A program made the translations under genes and the position numbers. Under the pieces are notes generated by a model. The model did no database searches. It was not told where the DNA came from and saw only the letters and a list, made by a program, of their open reading frames with translations. A stretch of 64,000 bases of DNA from Rosistilla oblonga (GTDB taxonomy: Bacteria > Planctomycetota > Planctomycetia > Pirellulales > Pirellulaceae), in assembly GCF_007751715.1 (NCBI RefSeq), contig NZ_CP036292.1, positions 3,849,339 to 3,913,338 of the forward strand. The letters run 5' to 3'. Shown here piece by piece: positions 11,065 through 20,558 of this stretch (position 1 is its first letter; every line of letters starts with the position of its first letter).

Positions 11065-11252
11065 TGAATGGCTTTACAATCAGGAGGTTCTAAGCTGCAA
11101 CTTTCGGTAGCAGAAAGTTGCGATATTGTTGGGAACAGGCCTTCGTCGAGCATGTTTCGCCCGTCGACGCAAACCGCTTCCTGCACCACAGCGACCGAAA
11201 GCTTGCGATGGAGCAACCTGTGGATCGCATCGCGAGGCAGTATCGTGGCGAG

Positions 11253-13106
11253 CTATTTCGCCAACATCAGCAGCCCCAGATTGTTGATATCAGCGTCGTA
11301 CGAAGTTCGAACACCTAACACAAAATCGCCAGTACAGCCGAGCTGAATGTCATCGCCCGATGATTCGCCAGCGTACCACGGCGATTCATATCGATCGCTT
11401 GGGTTTAGTCTCGAACCGTCGGGTTCGATCCGCATGAAGACGAGCTTCATTCCGCTGATCCGTTTCTTACCGTACGCTTGGATCCCCGCAAGGGCATAGC
11501 CATCTCGCGCCATCACGGAGAATTCTTCGCCAATGGTCGGCAGCCCCGCCACGGCAGACCTCTCCACAGCGTTCGACTTCGGGTCGCGAAAGACAAGCTC
11601 TACGGTCTTTACGATATTGTCATCCTTGAACTGTGAAACACGTAAGTTGACTCCGACCACAGGCCATCGTTGCGGATGCACAAGTTCCTGATGCTGGTAG
11701 CGTTTGGCGCCAATCATCCTGGTGGTGATCCATCGAGGATCTGTTGGAATTTCGATCGGCAGCGTTTCCTCCGCCTTCACCTCCTGTTCGATGACAGGAT
11801 CGATCGCTTTGCTACCGCTGAGAAAGTCTGTCGGATAGATCGCGACCGACACTGCGACAACTAACATCGCGATACCGGCAGCCGGTATCCCCCAAGACCA
11901 ATTAGGACCTCGTTGCACCGAATTTGAAGAAAGTGGGTCGCGGGCAAAATCGCGTGTGGTTAGTTCGAAGTTCTCCGCTATGTAGTCTCGCAACGCACGA
12001 CCAAATTGATCCGCATCGCAGAACCGATCTTCTGGCGCGTTGGAGATCGCTTTTCTTACGATCGAATGGAGTTGAGGATCCTTGGAGAGCGTTGTCGCAG
12101 CGGCCTGATTCAATGTCGCCACCAGAGATCGATAAGGCTTCCGCGGTTGCGACGCTATCGTCTGTGAAAGGCTATCATCGAGCAGATAAAGAATCATCGC
12201 TCCGATCGCATAAACATCGCTCCGAGCATCAACCGCGTCGGAACGCCCCGTCGCCTGCTCAGGAGGCATGAAGGCATAGGTTCCAACGACGCCGCCATGC
12301 GTCAATTCCTCCTCCGATTCAACTTGTTGTTTAGCGAGGCCAAAATCGACGACAAAAGCCGTATCGGACTTATCGATCAAAATATTCGACGGCTTCAGGT
12401 CGCGATGGACCACTCCCGCCGCATGAGCAGCACCGACGGCGTCGAGCACCTGAAGCAATTGGTTCAAGATCACCGACCGGGCAGGCTTTGTTTTACGAAC
12501 GTATCGGTTCCAAGATAGCCCATCGACGAATTCCATCGAGTAGAAATACTGGCCATTGGCCAACCCGCTGTCGTAGATCCTGGCGATATGTGGATGGGAC
12601 AGCTTCGCTGCCAGTTGGACCTCGCGTTTGAATCGACGTTGCGCGTCGGGGTCGTCCATCATCCGTGAGTTAATCATCTTGACCGCAACCTTTCGATTCG
12701 TCGAGAGCTGGTGCGCGCTCCAGACCGTCCCCATTCCGCCACGGCCGAGGAAGCCTTGCAAATGGTATCCGCCGACCAGCGGATAGACATCGATAGTGAT
12801 CGATGCGGTGCTTGAATCGACGACCTTCGTCTCCGATTCAAAAGTGTGCTCCCGCTTCGTGATCAGACTCGGCTCTTCTCCCTTATCCTCAACGATCGTC
12901 AGCTCGTACGGCCCGCTGACACTGACTTGCCCGGGGCGTACTTCCATGACGATCGATTCGTCCAGAAGTACTACACAGCCCTTCTCTATGAACTCGGCGC
13001 GAAGTGGCATCGAGGCTGCAAACTTGCTGTTCTTTCGAGCGAGTAGGGTTGCTGTCACGATGGCTTCAATGCGGTTGTCGCTGTGGTCGGCCGGGTGAGG
13101 CGACAC
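11253..13106 (-). CDS. Receptor-type Ser/Thr protein kinase: N-terminal region, kinase domain, single transmembrane helix, extracytoplasmic domain of unknown fold
   Basis: Kinase motifs 'GFLGRGGMGTVWSAHQ', 'VAVKMI', 'HRDLKPSNILID', 'DFGLAK'. The TM helix is 'IPAAGIAMLVVAVSVAIYP'. About 190 aa follow it with no recognisable motif. Confidence 0.85.
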   Translation of the reverse strand: MSPHPADHSDNRIEAIVTATLLARKNSKFAASMPLRAEFIEKGCVVLLDESIVMEVRPGQVSVSGPYELTIVEDKGEEPSLITKREHTFESETKVVDSSTASITIDVYPLVGGYHLQGFLGRGGMGTVWSAHQLSTNRKVAVKMINSRMMDDPDAQRRFKREVQLAAKLSHPHIARIYDSGLANGQYFYSMEFVDGLSWNRYVRKTKPARSVILNQLLQVLDAVGAAHAAGVVHRDLKPSNILIDKSDTAFVVDFGLAKQQVESEEELTHGGVVGTYAFMPPEQATGRSDAVDARSDVYAIGAMILYLLDDSLSQTIASQPRKPYRSLVATLNQAAATTLSKDPQLHSIVRKAISNAPEDRFCDADQFGRALRDYIAENFELTTRDFARDPLSSNSVQRGPNWSWGIPAAGIAMLVVAVSVAIYPTDFLSGSKAIDPVIEQEVKAEETLPIEIPTDPRWITTRMIGAKRYQHQELVHPQRWPVVGVNLRVSQFKDDNIVKTVELVFRDPKSNAVERSAVAGLPTIGEEFSVMARDGYALAGIQAYGKKRISGMKLVFMRIEPDGSRLNPSDRYESPWYAGESSGDDIQLGCTGDFVLGVRTSYDADINNLGLLMLAK

Positions 13107-13361
13107 GAGGGATGATGTCGCTTCGTAAGACTAACAAACCCGTCGGGACAAAGCGAGCATTTTTGCAGACACCTCGATTTGCGTGGTAGACAATCTCTCC
13201 GGCGGGCGATTTTTCCGTTTTTCACAACGGTTAATGGCATGCCGACGCCGCTTGCATTACGTTCGTTGCACACCACCGCCGACAGCTTAGCCTGCACGCC
13301 AAACCATCGCTAATCGTCGCATCATCTCCAACAACGCATTCTGCCGTACCGCGAGCCAATT
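13107..13361. promoter_or_regulatory. Divergent intergenic region expected to carry promoters for the receptor kinase (-) and the GT-sulfotransferase fusion gene (+)
   Basis: This is a 255-nt gap between two divergently oriented start codons. No specific promoter motif is asserted. Confidence 0.3.
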
Positions 13362-15698
13362 ATGAACGAGCCATTGTTTAGCTATCGTCAGATGGCGGCT
13401 GACACCATTCTTCAGCACGTCGATGCTCCCATCGACGACGCGTCCGAGGACGGGATTGTGATTTGTGCTGGAGGCCCAACCTATTTCGTTCAGGCCTACG
13501 TGCTCCTGCGTCTGCTTCGTCATCTCGGCTGCCAGTTGCCAATTGAACTGTGGTACCGCGGCCCAGCAGAAATGCCACCACAGATGCAACAACTGGTGGA
13601 ACCACTCGATATTAGACTCGTCGATGCGATGGAGATCTGTCGCCGCAATGGCGTAGAAGAGCTTCAGGGCTGGGCGATCAAACCCTTTGCAATGCTGCAC
13701 AGTCGGTTTCGCCGCATGCTGTATTTGGATAGCGACAACGTTCCTGTGGATGATCCCACCTATCTATTTGACGCCCCCGAATTTCGCAACTTTGGTTCGC
13801 TCTTTTGGACCGATCGCCATCGCGGCGGCGAAACACCTTATGGCACGATCCATCCGGATGCGTGGAGCGCGTTTAATGTGCCGCTTGCAAATGAACCTGA
13901 GTTCGAATCGGGGCAGGTCCTCGTCGATCGAAAAATCGTCCAACGCGAACTCGCTTTGACTCTGCACTTTAACCAACAAGCAGAGTTTTATTATCAGTTC
14001 GTATATGGCGACAAAGACACTTTCCGATTCGCCTGGAATCGATTGGGGCGAAAGTACGCAACGGTCCCTTTCGGACCTAGCAGTCCGCCAAACAACGGAG
14101 TCTTGTACCAGCACGACCCCGACGGCCGAATCATCTTTCAGCATCGGGCCCGCGCGAAGTGGGATCTTCATCAAAAGAACCGAGTCGTCCCGGGGTTTCG
14201 TCACGGCCCGCTGTGCGTTTCGATTTTGCATGAACTGCGACGCAGTTGGGCCGATGTCATCGCGGAGTGGAAAGACGGAAGTTCGGCGATCGAACGTGAA
14301 CACGCCGTGCGACTGATCGACCGCACCGACTTAAAATGCTCTGCAAGCCCGACACAAGAAGCCGAAATTCGGTTTCGAAGTAACGGAACGATCGAAAGCA
14401 AACTGCAGATGTTACCCCGTTACTGGCAGCTAGCCGAACAGCCCAGTGGAACCGTCACGCTGAACTTGATCGGCGGTGACGCGGCCCCCATTCGATTGCG
14501 ATGGTCGGGCAGCTACTGGACCGGCGTTCGGGTCAGTGGTGAACGGCATCGCGTCGTGATCTACTCAGGGTCGAAGCCAAGCACCAAATCGCTCACGCTC
14601 GCCTATCCAATTCACCGTCACGCGTCCGTGAGAAGCTCCTACGATCTCTCGCCGGCTCCCGAGTTCCGGTCGTTCGATCCGTATCCTAGTTCAAACGAAA
14701 CGCATCCCGCGGCGTTCACGTATCAGTCCGAGGACGCTTATCCAAGCTCCCGCCGGGCGTTACTGTCGACGCCTTATCCCAATTCGCCGCTCGCAGAACG
14801 GAAACGGGACTCACCGGTCGCTGCACGTAGATCGGATGCAGCGGAATCCAACGCGTATCCAGAGCAAACGCGTCTGCGTTTGAACGTCGATCCAGACTCA
14901 GACGAAGCGTACCAACGCCAGACTCCATGGCGGGTGCGACTGGAGGGCGGCGAGCTCTATGAACCGTATGCCGGCGATTCGATCTACCAAGCAACTTCAG
15001 ATCACAGTTACGCTTCACGGTCCGCACCTCGAGCTGGCAGAAAAAAGCAACGTCAAGTTGCACGCGCTGTCAAGATTTATGGGCTGCCACGGACGTGCAC
15101 CAACTTAGCCGCGGTGTTGCTGCGAAAGAACTTTGATGTTGCGGTCTACGCAAACGAGTTGGGATGGAAGCACGGTCCCAATCTAATGTGGTGCGGCGAC
15201 AAGGTAAAAGGGGAAAGGCTCGTCTACGTGTTGTGTACACGCCATCCCTATGCCTGGCTCGTGTCGGCATACCGCTTTGAAATCGGAAGCGGCTTCCAGC
15301 ACCGTTCGTTCAGCGATTTTGTCCTTGGAACAAGCCAAGTCTATCCAAATCAAAACCCTGTGGACGTGTACAACGTTCTGAATCGCATTTGGCTTCGCAT
15401 GGCTGGTTCACGCCATCGGATCTACCATTTGCGTTCCGAATCGCTGCAGCAGTGCCAAAGAGGTGCGATGCAGCAAATTGGAAAAACACTCCACCACGCA
15501 TCCGCCGGCGGTGACTTTCGATCGGTTCGAGAACGCATCGGGCCGGATGAAACGGTTCGCCAACAGGACTTCGATCCTTCTTGGTACCGCCGCAAACAGT
15601 ACCTGGAATTTTTTGACGATCGATTATTACGCGATGTCAACGCGCGATTGGACACCGACCTGGTCGGTGATTTAGGGTATCAACTGTCAACCGTTTAG
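13362..15698 (+). CDS. Fusion protein: N-terminal GT-A glycosyltransferase (mannosyltransferase-like, DXD), a low-complexity Tyr/Pro/Ser linker, and a C-terminal sulfotransferase domain
   Basis: The N-terminal half 'ICAGGPTYFVQAYVLLRLLRHLGCQLPIELWYRG...MLYLDSDNVPVDDPTYLFD' is a nucleotide-sugar transferase-like fold with a DxD motif. The C-terminal half 'KIYGLPRTCTNLAAVLL' matches a sulfotransferase 5'-PSB loop. 'VLCTRHPYAWLVSAYRF' matches the 3'-PB region. Confidence 0.65.
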   Translation: MNEPLFSYRQMAADTILQHVDAPIDDASEDGIVICAGGPTYFVQAYVLLRLLRHLGCQLPIELWYRGPAEMPPQMQQLVEPLDIRLVDAMEICRRNGVEELQGWAIKPFAMLHSRFRRMLYLDSDNVPVDDPTYLFDAPEFRNFGSLFWTDRHRGGETPYGTIHPDAWSAFNVPLANEPEFESGQVLVDRKIVQRELALTLHFNQQAEFYYQFVYGDKDTFRFAWNRLGRKYATVPFGPSSPPNNGVLYQHDPDGRIIFQHRARAKWDLHQKNRVVPGFRHGPLCVSILHELRRSWADVIAEWKDGSSAIEREHAVRLIDRTDLKCSASPTQEAEIRFRSNGTIESKLQMLPRYWQLAEQPSGTVTLNLIGGDAAPIRLRWSGSYWTGVRVSGERHRVVIYSGSKPSTKSLTLAYPIHRHASVRSSYDLSPAPEFRSFDPYPSSNETHPAAFTYQSEDAYPSSRRALLSTPYPNSPLAERKRDSPVAARRSDAAESNAYPEQTRLRLNVDPDSDEAYQRQTPWRVRLEGGELYEPYAGDSIYQATSDHSYASRSAPRAGRKKQRQVARAVKIYGLPRTCTNLAAVLLRKNFDVAVYANELGWKHGPNLMWCGDKVKGERLVYVLCTRHPYAWLVSAYRFEIGSGFQHRSFSDFVLGTSQVYPNQNPVDVYNVLNRIWLRMAGSRHRIYHLRSESLQQCQRGAMQQIGKTLHHASAGGDFRSVRERIGPDETVRQQDFDPSWYRRKQYLEFFDDRLLRDVNARLDTDLVGDLGYQLSTV

Positions 15699-15849
15699 GA
15701 TCGGCAGCGACAGAGGCGCTGTGTTGCGGAGAGCAACAAACCGATTGAAACTGTGCCAACCGCATCACCGCGAATTCGCTCCTGCAACGGTCGTCGACTT
15801 TGCCCACCGAGACCGCGATCGATTAAACCGTCGCCTGTCAGACGAGGCT

Positions 15850-16137
15850 TCACCGTCGCGCCGGGATACCGACACGATCGGGATCGCCAAAGACGATCTG
15901 CCGAACTGGGTGATGAAACCCTTGGCTATGTCTGGATTGCTCGAACATCCGGACCGTATTTCCGTAGATATGCAAAGGGCGTCCCGGTCGGTGTTGGATC
16001 GGCATCGCCTTGATGTGGCTGCGGTACGCACCCGTCGGCAGGATGACGGGGCTCCAACCGGTTGGTGATCCAGCGTGAAGCGCAGGCAGTGAGGCGAATA
16101 GGGTCAACAGGAATACGAATAATCGCGTCTGGCTCAT
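15850..16137 (-). CDS. Possible small secreted protein (speculative) in an otherwise non-coding gap
   Basis: Its N-terminus 'MSQTRLFVFLLTLFASLPALHAGSP' looks like a signal peptide. No further support was found. Confidence 0.25.
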   Translation of the reverse strand: MSQTRLFVFLLTLFASLPALHAGSPTGWSPVILPTGAYRSHIKAMPIQHRPGRPLHIYGNTVRMFEQSRHSQGFHHPVRQIVFGDPDRVGIPARR

Positions 16138-16953
16138 CGTTGCTTGATAATCGAGATGTGGTTACTAGGAGTTTTAAGTCGGTTACTATTCGGTCGAGTC
16201 GCAAATCGCGTGCCACCAGAGCAGACGATTGATGCGACTTAACTGTCGTCCAAATCGGTTGCCGCCGAGTCCTCTGCAGCGTTCCGGCTCGGGAGGGGTC
16301 GCCGCCTGCAACGCCCGCGATGCATTGACGGTTCCCGAACAATATTGGGACACAATTGGGTCGCGCGAGCTCGAATCGTCCCAAATTTTCTCAGGCATTT
16401 GGAGAAACTACGTCCAAACAGCCGCATAGTCCTCCCTTCACGCACCGCCATTCCAACTCGGGACCAGCGTCGAGTGTTCGTTCACATGACTGAAACGACA
16501 ATACTGTTCACGGCTAAAAAACACTAACGTTCGAGATCATTAAATTCAGAATCAGGTAGCACAACCTGTCCGCAAGCTCACGCCTTGGCCGATCCTTGCA
16601 AGTCCATCGCAAACTCTCGACACAGACGCTGTTGGGCCAATCCTTACTCCCAACCTCTCTTGCCGCCAATAATCACGCCCGGGCTCGAAGCAGAGCGTCT
16701 TGCCTAGCCCCGCCAAAGCGGAGCGCTGGCCCAAACCAAACTTCGAATCAGAAAACTGAATCGCCTTGCCGCTTGCGCCTTCAAGGCGGTTTGGCGGATC
16801 AAAAACAGGCGGTAGAATGTTCGTTCGAGATTCCGCTGCGGAGGTCGCATGGCGCGGACGGCTCGATCGTCGAACCGATATTGTGGTGGCTCGCATTCCC
16901 TGGAACAGCGGCCGGCTCGATGCGCGACTGACGAAGCGATTCCCCCCAAAAAA

Positions 16954-18603
16954 ATGAAGAACGAAAGCATGACAAGCCCGAATCCAACATTGACCGCCAG
17001 CCCCGCCTGGAATGCGCTGCAATCGCACCACGCCGAAATCCGTGACACGCATCTGCGTTCGCTGTTTCAAGAAGACGGCGATCGCGGACAACGGATGACC
17101 GCCGAAGCGCTTGGCATCTACCTCGATTATTCGAAGAATCGCGTCACCGACCAGACGCTTCAATTGCTGCTGCAGCTTGCCGAACAATCGGGGCTCCGCG
17201 AACGCATCGACGCAATGTTTCGAGGCGATAAGATCAACGCCACCGAGCAGCGAGCGGTTTTGCACGTAGCGCTGCGGGCAGCGAAAGGCGAATCGATCGT
17301 CGTCGATGGCGAGGATGTCGTCCCCGCAGTGCACGCTGTGCTCGACAAGATGGCGGCGTTTTGCGATCGCGTTCGCAGCGGGCAGTGGAAGGGGCACACC
17401 GGCAAATCGATTCGCACGATCGTGAACATCGGCATCGGCGGTTCGGACCTCGGCCCCGTGATGGCCTACGAAGCCTTGCGGCACTACAGCCAACGCGATC
17501 TGCAATTCCGCTTCGTTTCGAACATCGACGGTACGGATCTGGCCGAAGCGCTGCAAGATCTCGATCCTTCCGAAACGCTGTTCATCGTTGCATCGAAGAC
17601 TTTCACGACGCAGGAAACGCTGACCAACGCCCACTCCGCGCGGCAATGGTGTCTGGAGGGACTCGGCGACGAAGCGGCGATCGCTAAACACTTTGTCGCT
17701 GTTTCGACCAACGCAGAACAAGTTGCAGCGTTTGGAATCGATACGGCAAACATGTTCGGATTTTGGGACTGGGTCGGCGGTCGCTATTCCTTCGACTCGG
17801 CGATCGGCTTGTCGTTGATGTTGTCGATTGGTCCCGACCAATTCCGCCAGATGTTGGCGGGCATGCACGCGATGGACACGCACTTCAAGACTGCACCGTT
17901 CGAGCAGAACCTGCCCGTTCTGCTGGCGCTCTTGGGCATCTGGTACAACAACTTCTTCGATGCTCAATCGGTTGCGATCCTGCCATACGATCACTACCTC
18001 GGCAAGTTGACAGCTTATCTGCAGCAACTGGATATGGAGAGTAACGGCAAGCAGGTCGATCTCGAAGGCAATCAGGTCGATTACCAGACCGGTCCGATCA
18101 TTTGGGGAGCTCCGGGAACCAACGGCCAACACGCCTTCTACCAGCTGATTCATCAGGGGACCAAAATGATCCCCTGCGACTTCATCGGATTCTGCGAGAC
18201 TCTCAACCCATTGGGCAATCATCACGACCTATTGATGGCCAACTTCTTCGCTCAAACCGAAGCGTTGGCGATGGGCAAGACCGAAGCGGAGGTCCGCGCC
18301 GACGGCGTCGATGACCACCAGGTGCCTCACCGAATCTTCGAGGGCAATCATCCGACCAACACGATCTTGATCGATCGCTTAACACCCGAATCGTTCGGCA
18401 AGTTGATCGCGATGTACGAGCACAAGGTGTTTGTGCAAGGAGCACTCTGGAACATCAACTCGTTCGATCAATGGGGCGTCGAGTTGGGGAAGGTACTGGC
18501 GAAAAAGATCGTGCCCGAATTGGATTCCGACGATTCGCAACCGCTGCAACACGACAGCTCGACCAACACGCTGATCAAGCGTTATCGCAGCGGTAAGAAT
18601 TAG
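16954..18603 (+). CDS. pgi: Glucose-6-phosphate isomerase. An alternative start is at 16969 (MTSPN).
   Basis: PGI signatures are present throughout: '[21 protein letters not shown]', '[19 protein letters not shown]', 'MESNGK', '[25 protein letters not shown]'. Confidence 0.95.
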   Translation: MKNESMTSPNPTLTASPAWNALQSHHAEIRDTHLRSLFQEDGDRGQRMTAEALGIYLDYSKNRVTDQTLQLLLQLAEQSGLRERIDAMFRGDKINATEQRAVLHVALRAAKGESIVVDGEDVVPAVHAVLDKMAAFCDRVRSGQWKGHTGKSIRTIVNIGIGGSDLGPVMAYEALRHYSQRDLQFRFVSNIDGTDLAEALQDLDPSETLFIVASKTFTTQETLTNAHSARQWCLEGLGDEAAIAKHFVAVSTNAEQVAAFGIDTANMFGFWDWVGGRYSFDSAIGLSLMLSIGPDQFRQMLAGMHAMDTHFKTAPFEQNLPVLLALLGIWYNNFFDAQSVAILPYDHYLGKLTAYLQQLDMESNGKQVDLEGNQVDYQTGPIIWGAPGTNGQHAFYQLIHQGTKMIPCDFIGFCETLNPLGNHHDLLMANFFAQTEALAMGKTEAEVRADGVDDHQVPHRIFEGNHPTNTILIDRLTPESFGKLIAMYEHKVFVQGALWNINSFDQWGVELGKVLAKKIVPELDSDDSQPLQHDSSTNTLIKRYRSGKN

Positions 18604-18689
18604 GTTTCCGTATCTCCCATTGCGACTGCGGTGCGGCGATCTCCTCGCACGCGCCGAACTGCTCACGGAATCTAACAATAGTCGACGTC

Positions 18690-18953
18690 TCACCAATGTG
18701 GGACGTCGACGCGGTTGACGATTGTCGCGCCGAGTGGCCGCACCGTCTCCTGAACAATCTGCTTCAGATGGTACGAAATCACACGGCCATCGATCACCAA
18801 GCTGCCGTCGAGCGCTTGGTGAATCCTGATCGAGCGATTACCGCCGCGAAGGTGTGGGTTGTCCGATAACAGCAAGTAAGCGTCTTCGATCGTCTGCGAC
18901 CGCATCGCCCCGGAACCCGGCTGCTCCCAAGTCCCTGGAGTTCCATTTTGCAT
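18690..18953 (-). CDS. Small hypothetical protein, possibly BON-domain-like
   Basis: 'LSDNPHLRGGNRSIRIHQALDGSLVIDGRVISYHLKQIVQETVRPLGATIVNRVDV' has the alternating hydrophobic pattern of BON/OsmY domains. The evidence is weak. Confidence 0.35.
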   Translation of the reverse strand: MQNGTPGTWEQPGSGAMRSQTIEDAYLLLSDNPHLRGGNRSIRIHQALDGSLVIDGRVISYHLKQIVQETVRPLGATIVNRVDVPHW

Positions 18954-19455
18954 GCGACTAAGCCACCTTCTGGGGAGAGAGAAGCATCTGGCACAGGCTC
19001 GCCAATTTCCGCTCAGCTTCGGCTTTGCGCTGATCGCGTTCCTGGGCGTTCCAGTTCGATGCAATTCGTTCGCGAGCTGAATCGACAAGACTTGAAAACT
19101 GTGGACGTTGTTTCCGGGGTGCTGTCAGGGTCGTCATCGTTGTGCCTCTCCATCGCATAAGGTGTTGTCGGTTGACTATCACCCGTAAAGCACATGCCGT
19201 GCCAGCAGACGAAATATAGCGATCGCCCTCGAATTAATGGCAATTATTGGCCTCCGCTGGTCATTTAGCAGTCGGTCTGCGACCAATGATTGCGCGATCA
19301 CCGTCCAGATCGGTCGGCCGCCCTCGTTCGGCGGTTTAATCGCAATCGCTAGAAGGTTAGCCAGCCGGAGCGGCTTCCAGCGGGAGAAAGGCCAAGCTCA
19401 GTAATGGCCAGCTGAATCGAGCCCCGCAGCAGAGTCGCCGCGGCACCGCCGAGAC

Positions 19456-20412
19456 CTATTCCATTTCGCGCGACTTGCGTTGCGCTCGCTGTTTGTCGCG
19501 GAACCGCTTTTTCCGCTGAGCATCTTTCGCTTTGGTCGCTTCCGCTTTGGCAGCGATCGCGGCAGCGGTTTTAACTTTCTCTTCTTCCATCGTCTCGGGC
19601 GTTTCGAGCGTCAGCAGCCCCAGTCCTCCCGAGCGAACCTCGGTCACCAGGATCCGCGACGCGCGATCGATATCGACGAGATTCATCTTGCCGAGACAGC
19701 CTCGCTTGCGACCGATCGCTTCAATGATCTCCAGCTCCGTCGTCGGAATCGATTCCAAATTGTACCGCTCCGCCAACCGATCGGGATAATGAGCTCCTAA
19801 GAAACCGGCGGCGAAGAAGCCGACTTCGGCATAATCCATCGCCGTCTCTTTAACCGAGCCGAGCAGAGCCAACCGAAAACCGCTGTTCACATTGTGGACG
19901 TTTGGCCACAACATTCCCGGCGTGTCCAAGAGAGCAAAGCCATCGCCGATCGTGACCCGTTGTTGATGCTTGGTGACGGCCGGCGTGTTGCCAGTCTTGG
20001 CGATCTTCCGTCCCGCAAGAAAGTTGATGATCGTCGATTTACCGACGTTCGGAATCCCCACGATCATCGCGTTGATCTTCTGTCCCCGGCGGTGCGGCAA
20101 CATCCGGATCGCGATCTGCTTCAACTTGCGGATCGTCGGCACATCGTCGGTGGTAACCGCGTGAGCTCGAACTCCCACCGTCTGTTCGAAGTGCGACAAC
20201 CAAGTCTCGGTCATCGCTTCGTCGGCGAGATCGCTTTTCGCCAACACCTTCAGACACGGCTTGTCGCCTCGAAGTTCGGCCAACAACGGATTTTCACTCG
20301 AATAGGGAATCCGCGCATCGAGCACCTCGATCACCAGGTCCACTTTCGGAAGGATCGCCTGCATTTCAAGCCGCGCTTGATGCATGTGACCGGGGAACCA
20401 CTGAATGGGCAT
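19456..20412 (-). CDS. rbgA: Ribosome biogenesis GTPase A (YlqF/RbgA family) with a Lys/Ala-rich C-terminal tail
   Basis: 'MPIQWFPGHMHQARLEMQAILPKVDLVIEVLDARIPYSS' is the circularly permuted GTPase N-terminus. G1 is 'GIPNVGKSTIIN'. G3 is 'LLDTPGMLWP'. Confidence 0.9.
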   Translation of the reverse strand: MPIQWFPGHMHQARLEMQAILPKVDLVIEVLDARIPYSSENPLLAELRGDKPCLKVLAKSDLADEAMTETWLSHFEQTVGVRAHAVTTDDVPTIRKLKQIAIRMLPHRRGQKINAMIVGIPNVGKSTIINFLAGRKIAKTGNTPAVTKHQQRVTIGDGFALLDTPGMLWPNVHNVNSGFRLALLGSVKETAMDYAEVGFFAAGFLGAHYPDRLAERYNLESIPTTELEIIEAIGRKRGCLGKMNLVDIDRASRILVTEVRSGGLGLLTLETPETMEEEKVKTAAAIAAKAEATKAKDAQRKKRFRDKQRAQRKSREME

Positions 20413-20558
20413 GATTGAGTATCGGCAGCTTTAGGGAACGATGGGAGACAGGAATGCTGCAGCGCTCGACGCGACAAAGTGCGATCGGGCGCGTGCGGCG
20501 GATCCGTTCTCTAGTGTTGCCCGCCGGGCGATTTGTGCAAACCCCTGTTTGCCGACAG

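Noticed and set aside
11401-11440. GGTTCGATCC T-loop-like sequence, a possible tRNA
   Set aside because: It lies inside the receptor kinase CDS. No acceptor-stem or anticodon-arm pairing is evident, and no other tRNA-like cloverleaf was found in the window.
16552-18225. 557-aa ORF on the - strand
   Set aside because: It is entirely antisense to the well-supported pgi gene and has no recognisable motifs. Long antisense ORFs are expected in GC-rich DNA.
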